A stretch of 64,000 nucleotides of DNA from an uncultured beta proteobacterium (GTDB taxonomy: Bacteria > Pseudomonadota > Gammaproteobacteria > Burkholderiales > SG8-39). The translations under genes were made by a program, and so were the position numbers. The DNA lies in contig CAVQUV010000011.1 of NCBI GenBank assembly GCA_963716855.1, positions 64,378-128,377 on the forward strand, written 5' to 3'. Each line of letters starts with the position of its first letter. Position 1 is the stretch's first letter. Below, one piece after another: positions 33,019 through 41,335 of the stretch. The notes under the pieces are model-generated. The model was not told the origin of the DNA, ran no database searches, and saw only the letters and a list, made by a program, of their open reading frames with translations.

Positions 33019-33399
33019 CCGCGTCACCGCCGATATCCATTCCGTCGATCCGCACGTCGGGCGCGGCGGATCGATCCGGTATGCCGGCTCGTCCGGTGGA
33101 TTATGCGGGATCGGCATAGAACCGATCCTCGGCTCTTGCCTACAGGGAGCGTTCGTACCCCTGCCTCCCTGCATCCGCAAGGCGTGACCTCGGATCGCGA
33201 TTATCGCTGCGCGCTACGAGATCGCGATGGCGAAGCCGTAAAGCGGAAAGCCGACCGTTGCAGCAAGCCGGTGTTCGCTGCCGCACAGACGTCGGCAGCA
33301 TGTCCGCGTAGATTCGCTTCAAAGCTACGGATCCGGAAGACATCTTCTGCCCGTTGCCAAAGTGGTCCCCCAGATTCATCGCTTCGATAGGGAAAGTTC

Positions 33400-33603
33400 A
33401 TGAAGACCTTGCTAGCTATGGTTGTCGGTACGGTGCCTCTGTTCGCCACCGGCGTCTCTTTGGCGCAGAGCGGACACATGATGGATGGCAACTCGTGGGG
33501 CGTCGGCTGGATGGGTGGATACGGCGGAATATGGGTGCCGATCTTCCTTGTCATCGTGGCCGTCGCCCTCCTGGTATGGGTCGTCCAGCGAAAGGGCAAG
33601 TGA
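33400..33603 (+). CDS. small secreted/membrane Gly-Trp-rich protein (67 aa)
   Basis: Signal peptide, then GHMMDGNSWGVGWMGGYGGIWVPIFLVIVAVALLVWVV and a basic tail. Confidence 0.5.
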   Translation: MKTLLAMVVGTVPLFATGVSLAQSGHMMDGNSWGVGWMGGYGGIWVPIFLVIVAVALLVWVVQRKGK

Positions 33604-33651
33604 TCGCGGTCGAGACGATACACTTGCGGTCACGTCTCAAGTCGCGCCGGT

Positions 33652-33804
33652 ATGTCGACACAGGATAGGAACACGGTCATCGGCGCCGGCGTCGGTTCAG
33701 CCGTCGGCGGTCTCATCGGCCACGAAATTGACAAACCAAGTGAAAATCGACGTGCGATGCGTCTGGCCCATCCGGCCGGAGCCTCGCAGCCGCTCATCGC
33801 CTGA
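33652..33804 (+). CDS. possible glycine-zipper peptide (50 aa), may be a truncated remnant
   Basis: MSTQDRNTVIGAGVGSAVGGLIGHEIDKP.. has an OsmB-like glycine zipper. No signal peptide and a weak SD. Confidence 0.3.
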   Translation: MSTQDRNTVIGAGVGSAVGGLIGHEIDKPSENRRAMRLAHPAGASQPLIA

Positions 33805-33871
33805 TCCCGCAGCGGGAACGACCGACGCGGTCGCTCCCGCTCGGCGTGCGGACCGTTAGGAGGTATGAAAG

Positions 33872-34066
33872 ATGAAACCCGGCAAGATTCTCAGCACGGC
33901 CCTGATAACGAGCGCGCTCCTTGCGGCCCTATTCGGCTGCCAGAAGCAGGAAGGCCCGGCGGAGAAAGCGGGCAGGCAAGTCGACAAAGCGGTCGAGAAG
34001 GTCGGACAACAAATCGAAAAAGCCGGTGACGCCATCCAGGACGCGGCAAAGGGCGAGAAGAAGTAA
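33872..34066 (+). CDS. small lipoprotein (64 aa)
   Basis: AGGAGG lies 8 nt upstream. MKPGKILSTALITSALLAALFGC lipobox, then a charged helical part KAGRQVDKAVEKVGQQIEKAGDAIQDAAKGEKK. Confidence 0.6.
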   Translation: MKPGKILSTALITSALLAALFGCQKQEGPAEKAGRQVDKAVEKVGQQIEKAGDAIQDAAKGEKK

Positions 34067-34233
34067 TCGTCGCCCAGAGCACCATGGCGACGACGAGAAC
34101 CGCGCGTGACGCATTCAGCGCCATCGAGGTCCCCCCAGACCGGCTGTGGAGCACGCAATCCCAGCGCTCGCTCGATCCTTTGTCTGAGTAGTATCCGAAC
34201 GGTGCGATCGCGAGCTCGCGCCGTTCGCTCTTT
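34060..34233 (+). repeat. copy 1 of an approximately 175-nt structured intergenic element (possible 3'UTR / sRNA with terminator-like end)
   Basis: About 80 percent identical to 35191-35362. 5' stem GTCGCC(34069-74)/GGCGAC(34086-91). 3' 10-bp stem GAACGGTGCG(34197-206)/CGCGCCGTTC(34217-26), followed by GCTCTTT. Confidence 0.6.
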
Positions 34234-34337
34234 GGGGCTGCGCCGTGTCTCGTTGCTTCCAGCGATGCGCTGCGGCGAAACGACCGATTCCCATGCCACG
34301 GGCGTCGACTGGCGCGCACCGCCCCGCTGAACGTCGA

Positions 34338-34583
34338 TCACTGCTTCTGCACGACGACCCGGCCCTCGGCGTTCACGAAGACCCGGTAGCGATTGCTGTC
34401 CTTGCAGGTCGCGACGTAGTCATTGTCTCCTTTCACCTCATAGCCGACCACCTCACCGCAAGGCAGGCCCTGGAGCGCGATGACGGCCGCGAGGTCCTTG
34501 CGCTGCTTCGGGTCGTCCGCCGCGTGAACCGTACTGACGGCGCACATCATGATGACCAGCAACCCGGAGGCATTTCGTTTCAT
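34338..34583 (-). CDS. small periplasmic protein (81 aa)
   Basis: GAGGAAG SD. MKRNASGLLVIMMCAVSTVHA signal, then a mature part with two Cys residues (..LQGLPCGEVVGYEVKGDNDYVATCKDSNRYRVFVNAEGRVVVQKQ). Confidence 0.55.
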   Translation of the reverse strand: MKRNASGLLVIMMCAVSTVHAADDPKQRKDLAAVIALQGLPCGEVVGYEVKGDNDYVATCKDSNRYRVFVNAEGRVVVQKQ

Positions 34584-34593
34584 CGCTTCCTCT

Positions 34594-35178
34594 TCAGGGC
34601 AGTTTCGAGAACTTGTCGCGGTCGGAAAGAATCGCCCAGATCGCCCCGCGCGACGCGTGGATCGCCTTGGCGAGCGCCGGGTCGCCATCCTGCAGGAGGG
34701 ATAGGGCCTTCATGAGCAGGAGTTCATACGCCTGCCGCAACTCGGCGAGCGTGGTCTTGATTGTCCCCTGGTAATAGTCGCGGAATTGCTCCAGCAGGTC
34801 ATCCACCTGGTTCTTGAGCGACAGCTTCGTCAGCACGCCGATGGCGTTCGTTTCCTTCAGCCGTTGCTCGAGCGATTTTAGGTCGAGCGGCGGCGGACCT
34901 TCCGGCTTGGCGGCGACCGGCGGCGCGGCTTCGGATTTGCGCGCCGCGACTACGGGCTCCCGCGGTACGGCCGCCGGCGCAGCGGGCGCTTTCGACGCTG
35001 CGGGCGCCGTTGCGGTGGGCGGCGCCTTGGGCTCCGATTTTCCAGGCGCGGACGTTGGCGGAACAGGAGGAGCCGATGGAGCAGCCTCCCGGACAGGCGG
35101 ACCGGGCGGCGTGCTCGGCACTCCCGCGCATCCCGTCATCAAGCCGGCCAGGAGAAATACCGCGATTCGAGCCGCCAT
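34594..35178 (-). CDS. proline/alanine-rich lipoprotein (194 aa)
   Basis: MAARIAVFLLAGLMTGC lipobox, a long P/A-rich linker and a helical C-terminal domain (..LKNQVDDLLEQFRDYYQGTIKTTLAELRQAYELLLMKAL..). GGGAG SD. Confidence 0.65.
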   Translation of the reverse strand: MAARIAVFLLAGLMTGCAGVPSTPPGPPVREAAPSAPPVPPTSAPGKSEPKAPPTATAPAASKAPAAPAAVPREPVVAARKSEAAPPVAAKPEGPPPLDLKSLEQRLKETNAIGVLTKLSLKNQVDDLLEQFRDYYQGTIKTTLAELRQAYELLLMKALSLLQDGDPALAKAIHASRGAIWAILSDRDKFSKLP

Positions 35179-35190
35179 GCAACGCTCCCG

Positions 35191-35362
35191 GAAGTAATCG
35201 TTGCTCAGAGCGCCAGAGCGACGACCAGAACTGAGCGTGACGCGTTCAGCGCCACCCAGCCGCCGCTGACCGGCTGTGGAGCGCGCAAATCCGGCGCTCG
35301 CTCGATCCTCCGTCTGAGTAGTAGCCGACCGGCGCGATCGCGAGCTCGCGCGGTTCCCATTT
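35191..35362 (+). repeat. copy 2 of the approximately 175-nt structured intergenic element
   Basis: Same order of blocks as copy 1, starting at GAAGTAATCGT. 5' stem GTTGCT(35200-05)/AGCGAC(35217-22) with compensated changes. Confidence 0.6.
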
Positions 35363-35392
35363 CGCGTGAACCGGGCGGTCGCCCGACGCCGG

Positions 35393-36007
35393 TCAAGCCA
35401 ACGCGTCGGCAAATCGATGATTGACATCGCGGTGATGAATCTCGTCTGCGCGAACGGCGATGATGACGTCGCGCAACCGCGCCTCAGGCGCAAGCTTCCA
35501 GTAATCGATGGCGATTCCGGGCGCCGGGACGTTGGCGTGAGTGCCGTTCTCCACGCCAGCGAGATATTCGGTGTAGCTGTGGACTGCTTCCTCTTCGAAG
35601 TAACCGGTTACGCGATGCGCGGTCTTGGCTGACAACAGGTAAAGCAGAAAGAAAGAATTGTAGAACACGCCTTGAGCCACCAGAATCAGCAGGCGCTCGA
35701 GTCCCGAGGGGCGGGCGATGTGCATGAAGGTCATCAAGTGCATGCGTTCGTTCTCCGCTTCTTCCAGGAGCGTGCGGATCCGGCCGTGATCGTCTTCCAT
35801 GCGACGCAGGGAGTGCAGATGTTGCAGGGTGCCGCCCACCATGCCCGGCACGGCAGCGATCGTTTCCAGTACGACCGCGCGATGGCCATACCGGCGGGCG
35901 AAAAAAGCATCGGCGAAGAACCGGAGAAACCTCGTGAAAGCATAGGCAATCCGGTCGGAAGAATTCTTTGGAGCGTAGTGTCGCTCGATCGGTGTCGTAA
36001 CAGACAT
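35393..36007 (-). CDS. aox: alternative oxidase (di-iron ubiquinol oxidase)
   Basis: 204 aa. Di-iron ligand motifs LEEAENERMHL, FEEEAVHSY and RADEIHHRDVNH. Confidence 0.85.
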   Translation of the reverse strand: MSVTTPIERHYAPKNSSDRIAYAFTRFLRFFADAFFARRYGHRAVVLETIAAVPGMVGGTLQHLHSLRRMEDDHGRIRTLLEEAENERMHLMTFMHIARPSGLERLLILVAQGVFYNSFFLLYLLSAKTAHRVTGYFEEEAVHSYTEYLAGVENGTHANVPAPGIAIDYWKLAPEARLRDVIIAVRADEIHHRDVNHRFADALA

Positions 36008-36086
36008 ACCTATGCCCCTTTGGAATGGCAAAGGCCCTTGATGGGGCCACCGTTGCGCGAGCCCGAGTTCGGAAGGTGCGGATGCA

Positions 36087-37289
36087 TCAATCCCCCAGCA
36101 GCTCGGCCACCGGGTGCAGCGGCTCCACATGCTGTGACACGACTTTGACGATGACGATGATGGGAATGCCGAGCAGCAATCCCCAGACGCCCCACAGCCA
36201 TCCCCAGAACAGGAGCGAAACGAACACGGCCGCTGAATTCATGCTGGCGATTCGTCCGGTCATCCAGGTAGCGATGAACGTTCCGACTAGCGTAGCGATA
36301 GCGAGCGCTGCGCCGGCAACCAGCAGCGCCATTGCGAACGACTCGAACTGCATGAAGGCGGCCACTCCCGTTGCGACGGCCGCGACGCCGGGGCCCAGGT
36401 AGGGGACGATGTGCAGCAGTCCCGCGGCGACGGCCCAAGCTCCGGCGTTCTCGAGGCCGATCGAGCGAAATGCGATCCAGCTGAGTAACGCGACCAGCAA
36501 GTTTGTCGTCAGCAGCATGAACATGTATTTCTGGATCGACCCATTGATGTTGTCGAGAAGACGCACGGTGATCTTTCTTTCCGACAGCGATGGTCCGGTC
36601 AGCCGCACCAGCTTCCGCTTATACATATCGCCACCGAGCAGCAGAAAGAAAACCAGGAAAACAACCATCGCCGCCTGAACCACGGCTCCGACGGCACCCA
36701 TCGAACTCTCCCACAAGAAGCTACCCAGCTTGAACGTGGGCTGGTCCACGATGACATGCGTGGCAGACTGGCGCGGCGCAGCGGAGCCACTGGCCGCCTG
36801 AGTCGTCGCCCTTTCCACCTCGGTCGCGGCGTTTTGCATTTTCTCCATTGTGCCGATCTGGCCCCCGCGCAGGCGCGCAAGCCCGGTGGCGAACTTGGTC
36901 GCCGCTGCGGGCAACTGTTCGACAATGGTCTGCATCTCGTCACGCAACGCATACGCGCCGAGAACGAGCGCACCGATCACGCTCGCCATCACGACGACGG
37001 TTCCCACAAGGCGCGGGATCCTGATCGCTTCAAGCCAAGCGACGAGCGGATTCAACGTGTAGGCAATGACGATGCCCAGCAATAGCGGCACTACAAAGGC
37101 CTGCGCCCACGACAGGGCGAAAACCACTGCGAGCACCGCCAGAACTCCGAGCGCCAGGCCCCGCGCATCAACCGGCATCCGGCCTTCGGCGCGGGTGACG
37201 AGCGACGCGTCGTCGGCAGAGCCTCGCGGCTCCCCAGCCCGCGCGGGGTCAGCGGTGCCGAGGGAGGCCAAAATGGCGGCGAGGCTCAT
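36087..37289 (-). CDS. AI-2E family transporter (PerM/YhhT-like)
   Basis: 400-aa polytopic membrane protein with the family-typical C-terminal GLLLGIPIIVIVKVV. Confidence 0.85.
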   Translation of the reverse strand: MSLAAILASLGTADPARAGEPRGSADDASLVTRAEGRMPVDARGLALGVLAVLAVVFALSWAQAFVVPLLLGIVIAYTLNPLVAWLEAIRIPRLVGTVVVMASVIGALVLGAYALRDEMQTIVEQLPAAATKFATGLARLRGGQIGTMEKMQNAATEVERATTQAASGSAAPRQSATHVIVDQPTFKLGSFLWESSMGAVGAVVQAAMVVFLVFFLLLGGDMYKRKLVRLTGPSLSERKITVRLLDNINGSIQKYMFMLLTTNLLVALLSWIAFRSIGLENAGAWAVAAGLLHIVPYLGPGVAAVATGVAAFMQFESFAMALLVAGAALAIATLVGTFIATWMTGRIASMNSAAVFVSLLFWGWLWGVWGLLLGIPIIVIVKVVSQHVEPLHPVAELLGD

Positions 37290-37349
37290 AGCGCACAGAC
37301 GATCAACGATTTCGGTGGGTGTATTTCCGCGCGTTCGTGGCGCGCGAGG

Positions 37350-37919
37350 TCACTTCGATTTTGTGGAGCGGCTCTTTTTCTCAGAATCTTCGGGGAAAGC
37401 CACCAGCAGATCGGCCAACTCGTCGGCGTGCTCCTCTTCCACGGCCAGGATCTCCTCCATCATGCGGCGCGTGGTCGGGTGCTGATCACCGAGGTACTGG
37501 ACGATGTCGCGGTAGCTTTCGATGGTGATTCGTTCCGCCGCCAGGTCTTCCTGGATCACGCTCGCCAGCGTATTGCCCTCGACATACTCGGCGTGGCTGC
37601 GGCTTACCAGTCCCTCAGGGGCGAAATCAGGCACCCCGCCCAACTGCACGATGCGCTCCGCGATCCGGTCGGCATGCTCCAATTCCTCGTTCGAATGGTC
37701 GAGAAACTGCTGGGCCACGCTCTGCGAATGAATACCTCGCGCCATGAAGTGATGGCGCCGGTAGCGCAGCACGCACACGAGTTCCGTCGCCAGAGAATCA
37801 TTCAGGAGCTCGAGCACTCTCTCGCGGTCCGCGGAATAGCCCGCGGTGGCAGAGCCTTCATCGATGTGCTGCCCGGCGTGCAACGTCTGAACGTCGGTAA
37901 GAAGCGAGGTCTCGAGCAT
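37350..37919 (-). CDS. ferritin-like (bacterioferritin-type four-helix bundle) protein
   Basis: 189 aa. LNDSLATELVCVLRYRRH, NEELEHADRIAERIVQLGG and EEILAVEEEHADELADLL di-iron ligand patterns. Confidence 0.8.
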   Translation of the reverse strand: MLETSLLTDVQTLHAGQHIDEGSATAGYSADRERVLELLNDSLATELVCVLRYRRHHFMARGIHSQSVAQQFLDHSNEELEHADRIAERIVQLGGVPDFAPEGLVSRSHAEYVEGNTLASVIQEDLAAERITIESYRDIVQYLGDQHPTTRRMMEEILAVEEEHADELADLLVAFPEDSEKKSRSTKSK

Positions 37920-38036
37920 GATGCGGTTTCCAATTCGTGATCGATGCTGATCGGGAGCGCAAGCCCTGCGGTAGGACCGGGAGTCCAGGCCGGCAGGGCA
38001 CTGTCTTGCCGGCCCGACTTCCGGCAGGTTTCTCTC

Positions 38037-38141
38037 TTACTTGAGTCGCATGTCGTTCTTGACCGACTTCACGCCGGCGACGCCGTGAGCGACTTCGATC
38101 GCCTTGCTTGCCGCGGCCGCCGAGCTCGCGAAAACAGTTGC
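38037..38141 (-). other. BON-domain C-terminal remnant (no start codon)
   Basis: Minus-strand frame reads ..ERATVFASSAAAASKAIEVAHGVAGVKSVKNDMRLK stop. It begins immediately after the DUF3309 stop codon with no start or SD. Confidence 0.35.
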
Positions 38142-38158
38142 GCGCTCGAGGCACGGAA

Positions 38159-38317
38159 TTAGATGCGTCCCATCAGAAACAGAACGAGGAGGATCACCAG
38201 AATCACGCCCACGATGCCGCTTGGCGCGTAGCCCCAGCTACGCGCGTGTGGCCATACCGGTAAGACGCCCAAAAGCATCAGGATTAGGATGATCAAGAGA
38301 ATGGTGCCGATACTCAT
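38159..38317 (-). CDS. DUF3309 small membrane protein (52 aa), copy 1
   Basis: GAAGGAG SD. MSIGTILLIILILMLLGVLPVWPHARSWGYAPSGIVGVILVILLVLFLMGRI. Confidence 0.85.
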   Translation of the reverse strand: MSIGTILLIILILMLLGVLPVWPHARSWGYAPSGIVGVILVILLVLFLMGRI

Positions 38318-38383
38318 GGTTCGCTCCTTCGCTGGTTCCCCTCCACTGCCTTCGTCAGTGGATTCAGGATGCTTCTGTGACAC

Positions 38384-38426
38384 AGGGTAACGCCGGCGAC
38401 GGGTATGGTCAGTACGCTAGCGCACA
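38384..38426 (-). promoter_or_regulatory. box TGTGCGCTAGCGTACT (rc of 38411-38426), then 21 nt, then TACCCT (rc of 38384-38389): predicted promoter of DUF3309 copy 1
   Basis: Identical 16-mer to the box at 57000-57015. Box centre at about -41.5. Confidence 0.6.
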
Positions 38427-38827
38427 AAAGGAAGCGGCACGGCCGCTTGTGCGGTTGCGAAGCCTGAGCCGTACGACCGGGAGGTGAACGCTTCAACCGC
38501 GCAGGGTTGCCGGTGGAGCGGTCGCCAGAGAATGTCGCCGCGGTGAACTGACGGTGATCGACCGCAGCGGGCTCGAAGCTGGGGCGTGCGGCGACTACGC
38601 CGCCGACCGGCAGGCTTTCGCCGACTCGATATTTTGAGCTGGCCCGTGTTGTCCAGTCGTCACGCTGCTTGCAAAGGTCTCCACCAAACGAGTCAACGCA
38701 GCGGCTTCAGGCGACCGCACCGAACAGTGCACCTGCCCCCGCCGGCCGATTGCCGTTCGCAATCGGCGATCGACCCGCCCGAACCACCGGCCGATGCGCG
38801 GGGTCGTGTGGTTGAAGCTCGTCTGCT

Positions 38828-38869
38828 CTGATTTTCGTCAACGCTTCAGTGCGGGGCGAGTGTTAGCTT
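38828..38869 (+). promoter_or_regulatory. FNR/Anr-like box CTGATTTTCGTCAA (38828-38841), then 22 nt, then TAGCTT (38864-38869): predicted promoter of DUF3309 copy 2
   Basis: 8/10 match to TTGAT-N4-ATCAA. Centred at -41.5 relative to the hexamer. Confidence 0.5.
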
Positions 38870-38906
38870 GGTCTCAGCGGTCGGAGACTCGACAAGGAGA
38901 GATCAA

Positions 38907-39065
38907 ATGACATTAGGAACGATTCTGCTGATCATTCTGGTTCTGCTGCTGGTCGGGGCGATTCCAAGCTGGCCCTACAGCCGGGGATGGGGCTACTGGC
39001 CCAGCGGTGGTCTTGGGCTGGTGCTGTTGATTCTTCTTGTTCTCTTGCTGTTGGGCAAGATCTAG
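38907..39065 (+). CDS. DUF3309 small membrane protein (52 aa), copy 2
   Basis: AAGGAGA SD. MTLGTILLIILVLLLVGAIPSWPYSRGWGYWPSGGLGLVLLILLVLLLLGKI. Confidence 0.85.
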   Translation: MTLGTILLIILVLLLVGAIPSWPYSRGWGYWPSGGLGLVLLILLVLLLLGKI

Positions 39066-39164
39066 CGCGTTGCCCTGATTTTGGATTCACGCGGGCACTC
39101 AGCGAACAGCGAAGCGCGAGGTGCCGTATCAACAACGCAACGAAGCTTGCGGATAGGAGAATCG

Positions 39165-39695
39165 ATGATGCGCAAGAAAAGAAGGGGCTTTTTCACCAAG
39201 ATCGGCGACGCCATGGAAGCGGCCAAGGACAAGGCGCAGGAAATGGGCGGCTCGCTTTTGAAGAGGGCGAAAGTCACGGCCTCGGACGCCAAGCGCGGAG
39301 CGGGGAAGGCACGAACGTTGATGGAGAAGAGAGCGCGGGCCGCCACAGCAAGCGTGAAGCGCCGAGCGAAGACCACCGAAGCGGGTGCGAAGAGAGCCCT
39401 GGGCAAGGCGAAGCGTACGGTGAGGCGCAAGCTGAAGGTCGCGGCCGCAGGCGCGAGAAAGGCTGCCGGCAAGGTCGAGCGCACCATGAGCCCGAAGAGA
39501 CGTCCCGCCAAACGCAGGTCCGGCAGGGCAAGGAAGGTCGCGGGACGCAGGACGACCTCCGCCAGGTCCGCGCTGAAGAAAGGCGTGGCCAAGGTCGGGA
39601 CGGCCGCACGGAAGGCCGGCGCAGCGGTCGACAGGGCCGCCAAGGGGGCAGCGAGGAAGCTCGCAAAAAAGACGGCGAAGAGAAGCAGGGCTTAG
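39165..39695 (+). CDS. highly basic Lys/Arg/Ala-rich protein (histone H1-like)
   Basis: AGGAGA SD. 176 aa: MMRKKRRGFFTKIGDAMEAAKDKAQE.. then continuous K/R/A repeats (AKRGAGKARTLMEKRARAATASVKRRAKTTEAGAKRALGKAKR...). Confidence 0.65.
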   Translation: MMRKKRRGFFTKIGDAMEAAKDKAQEMGGSLLKRAKVTASDAKRGAGKARTLMEKRARAATASVKRRAKTTEAGAKRALGKAKRTVRRKLKVAAAGARKAAGKVERTMSPKRRPAKRRSGRARKVAGRRTTSARSALKKGVAKVGTAARKAGAAVDRAAKGAARKLAKKTAKRSRA

Positions 39696-39769
39696 CCTGC
39701 CGCGCACGCCGGGGTACTACCCCGAATTGCTCCGGCTAACGCTTGCGCCAGCGATCGTCGAAGCCTCGA

Positions 39770-40444
39770 TCACTTCGTCGCCTCGAGGACCAGGCCACCG
39801 TCGGTCTCCCAGTCCTGCTCGGCGGAATGGTCGGTACGCTCGAACCGGCGGGCAGCCTCCTGCCAGTTCACAACCGACCACCAGCCCTTCAGATAGTCGG
39901 CGCGTCGGTTCTCATGCTTCAGGTAGTAGGCATGCTCCCAGACGTCGTTCACCAGCAGCGGAAAGTGGCCCTGCATCAGGGGATTGTCGTGGCCGGGGGT
40001 GGTGACCACCTGGAGTCCGCCGCCGTCCTGCTGCGCCCTCACGAGCCAAACCCACCCCGACCCGAACACTTTCTCGCCCGCTGCGTCGAACTGCGCCTTG
40101 AACTGCTCAAGACCGCCAAAGGCAAGCTTGATCGCGTCGGCAAGCGGGCCCGCCGGCGTGCCGCCCCCTTCCGGAGACATGGCCCGCCAGAACAGTCTGT
40201 GGTTCACGTGTCCCCCCGCGTTGTTGCGGACGGTTGTTCGGATCTTCTCCGGCACCTTGTTCAGGTTCAGCAACAGCCATGACGCTGTGCGCTCGTGCAG
40301 TTCCGGAAATGATTCCAACGCTGCATTCAAGTTCCTCACATACGACGCATGATGCTGGTCGTGATGCAGCGTCATGGTGTGCGCGTCGATGTGCGGCTCC
40401 AGTGCCGCATAGCCATACGGCAAGGGTGGAAGTAGGTGTTTCAT
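39770..40444 (-). CDS. Fe/Mn superoxide dismutase with acidic C-terminal extension
   Basis: LPPLPYGYAALEPHIDAHTMTLHHDQHH and DVWEHAYYL motifs. 224 aa. Confidence 0.9.
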   Translation of the reverse strand: MKHLLPPLPYGYAALEPHIDAHTMTLHHDQHHASYVRNLNAALESFPELHERTASWLLLNLNKVPEKIRTTVRNNAGGHVNHRLFWRAMSPEGGGTPAGPLADAIKLAFGGLEQFKAQFDAAGEKVFGSGWVWLVRAQQDGGGLQVVTTPGHDNPLMQGHFPLLVNDVWEHAYYLKHENRRADYLKGWWSVVNWQEAARRFERTDHSAEQDWETDGGLVLEATK

Positions 40445-40491
40445 CGGATTGCCCTCCTGGCTCTACGCCGCGCTAGTCGTCGTGCGCGTCG

Positions 40492-40914
40492 TCAATCAAT
40501 GACCATGACCCGCGCCCCGGATCGCCACGTCCGCGGGGTTGCCTCGTTGAATACACGTATCGACCCGTCCTGAAAGCGAATGGTGAGCTCGTAGCTCCTG
40601 ATCGATTCCGCCGCTTGTTCACCGCGCGTCTCGATCTCCCGCACCAACTCAACCACGCCGCACCCGGCGCACGTTGTTCTGGTTGGCGTGTCGCTCGCCA
40701 CACCCGCCGCGGCCATCTCCCCTTTTGCGCTGGCAGGCTGTGCCGACATCGGCGATAGATCACCAAGCCCGACGTCGTCATTGGGATTCCCGATTGCGGC
40801 CGGTAGCCACGCCATGAACGCCGCAATGCCGGCGGCGCACAATAAAGTTGTCGCGACACTCGCGATCCAGATCGGCAAGTGCGGAGATCGATCGACTTGA
40901 GTTCGCTTGTTCAT
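40492..40914 (-). CDS. membrane-anchored hypothetical protein (140 aa)
   Basis: MNKRTQVDRSPHLPIWIASVATTLLCAAGIAAFMAWL anchor. C-terminal CAGCGVVELVREIE..YELTIRFQDGSIRVF..W..GARVMV beta domain. Confidence 0.55.
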   Translation of the reverse strand: MNKRTQVDRSPHLPIWIASVATTLLCAAGIAAFMAWLPAAIGNPNDDVGLGDLSPMSAQPASAKGEMAAAGVASDTPTRTTCAGCGVVELVREIETRGEQAAESIRSYELTIRFQDGSIRVFNEATPRTWRSGARVMVID

Positions 40915-41335
40915 GTCCTTTCGGCCTGGCGGTTTCGAACGAAGCGCTTGCCGATGACGCGTCATCGCAGGCCGACCCGCGCCGCACGCGATCTGCGCGC
41001 CACGTCGAAAACTCCAAAGCAGCGTAGCCACAAGACCTGCCGCCGTCGGTGCGGTGGCGCACATCAGGTCGCGTCGATGCGACCAGTCGCGTCAGACCGT
41101 GCTGCATAGACAGGGGCATGCACACGCGATTGCGCTGTCAGCCAAGAAGCGCCGCGGCACCTATGGCTCTCACGATCTCCATGAGCGCTGGCGCACAGAC
41201 GAGCCGCGACGTTCTGATCCCGTATCCTGTCGATCTCAGGGCAAATGGTGACTCGCCGTGGGCATCCGTCCGGGAAAGGTCATTCCCTGACGGACACCGC
41301 GATCCCATCTCTTATCTCACGTGAAGGAGAAAGAC

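Noticed and set aside
33826-33870. EcfG-type general-stress promoters (GGAAC-N16/17-CGTT) in front of island genes.
   Set aside because: GGAAC and CGTT motifs occur here and at 61259-61290, for example, but the spacings of 34 nt and 9 nt are wrong, or they overlap SD or start regions. No consistent pattern emerged.
34060-35362. The two 175-nt repeats as template and variable repeats of a diversity-generating retroelement.
   Set aside because: The mismatches are a mix of transitions and transversions, not adenine-specific. The copies contain indels. No reverse transcriptase gene is present in the window, and neither copy lies inside a coding region.
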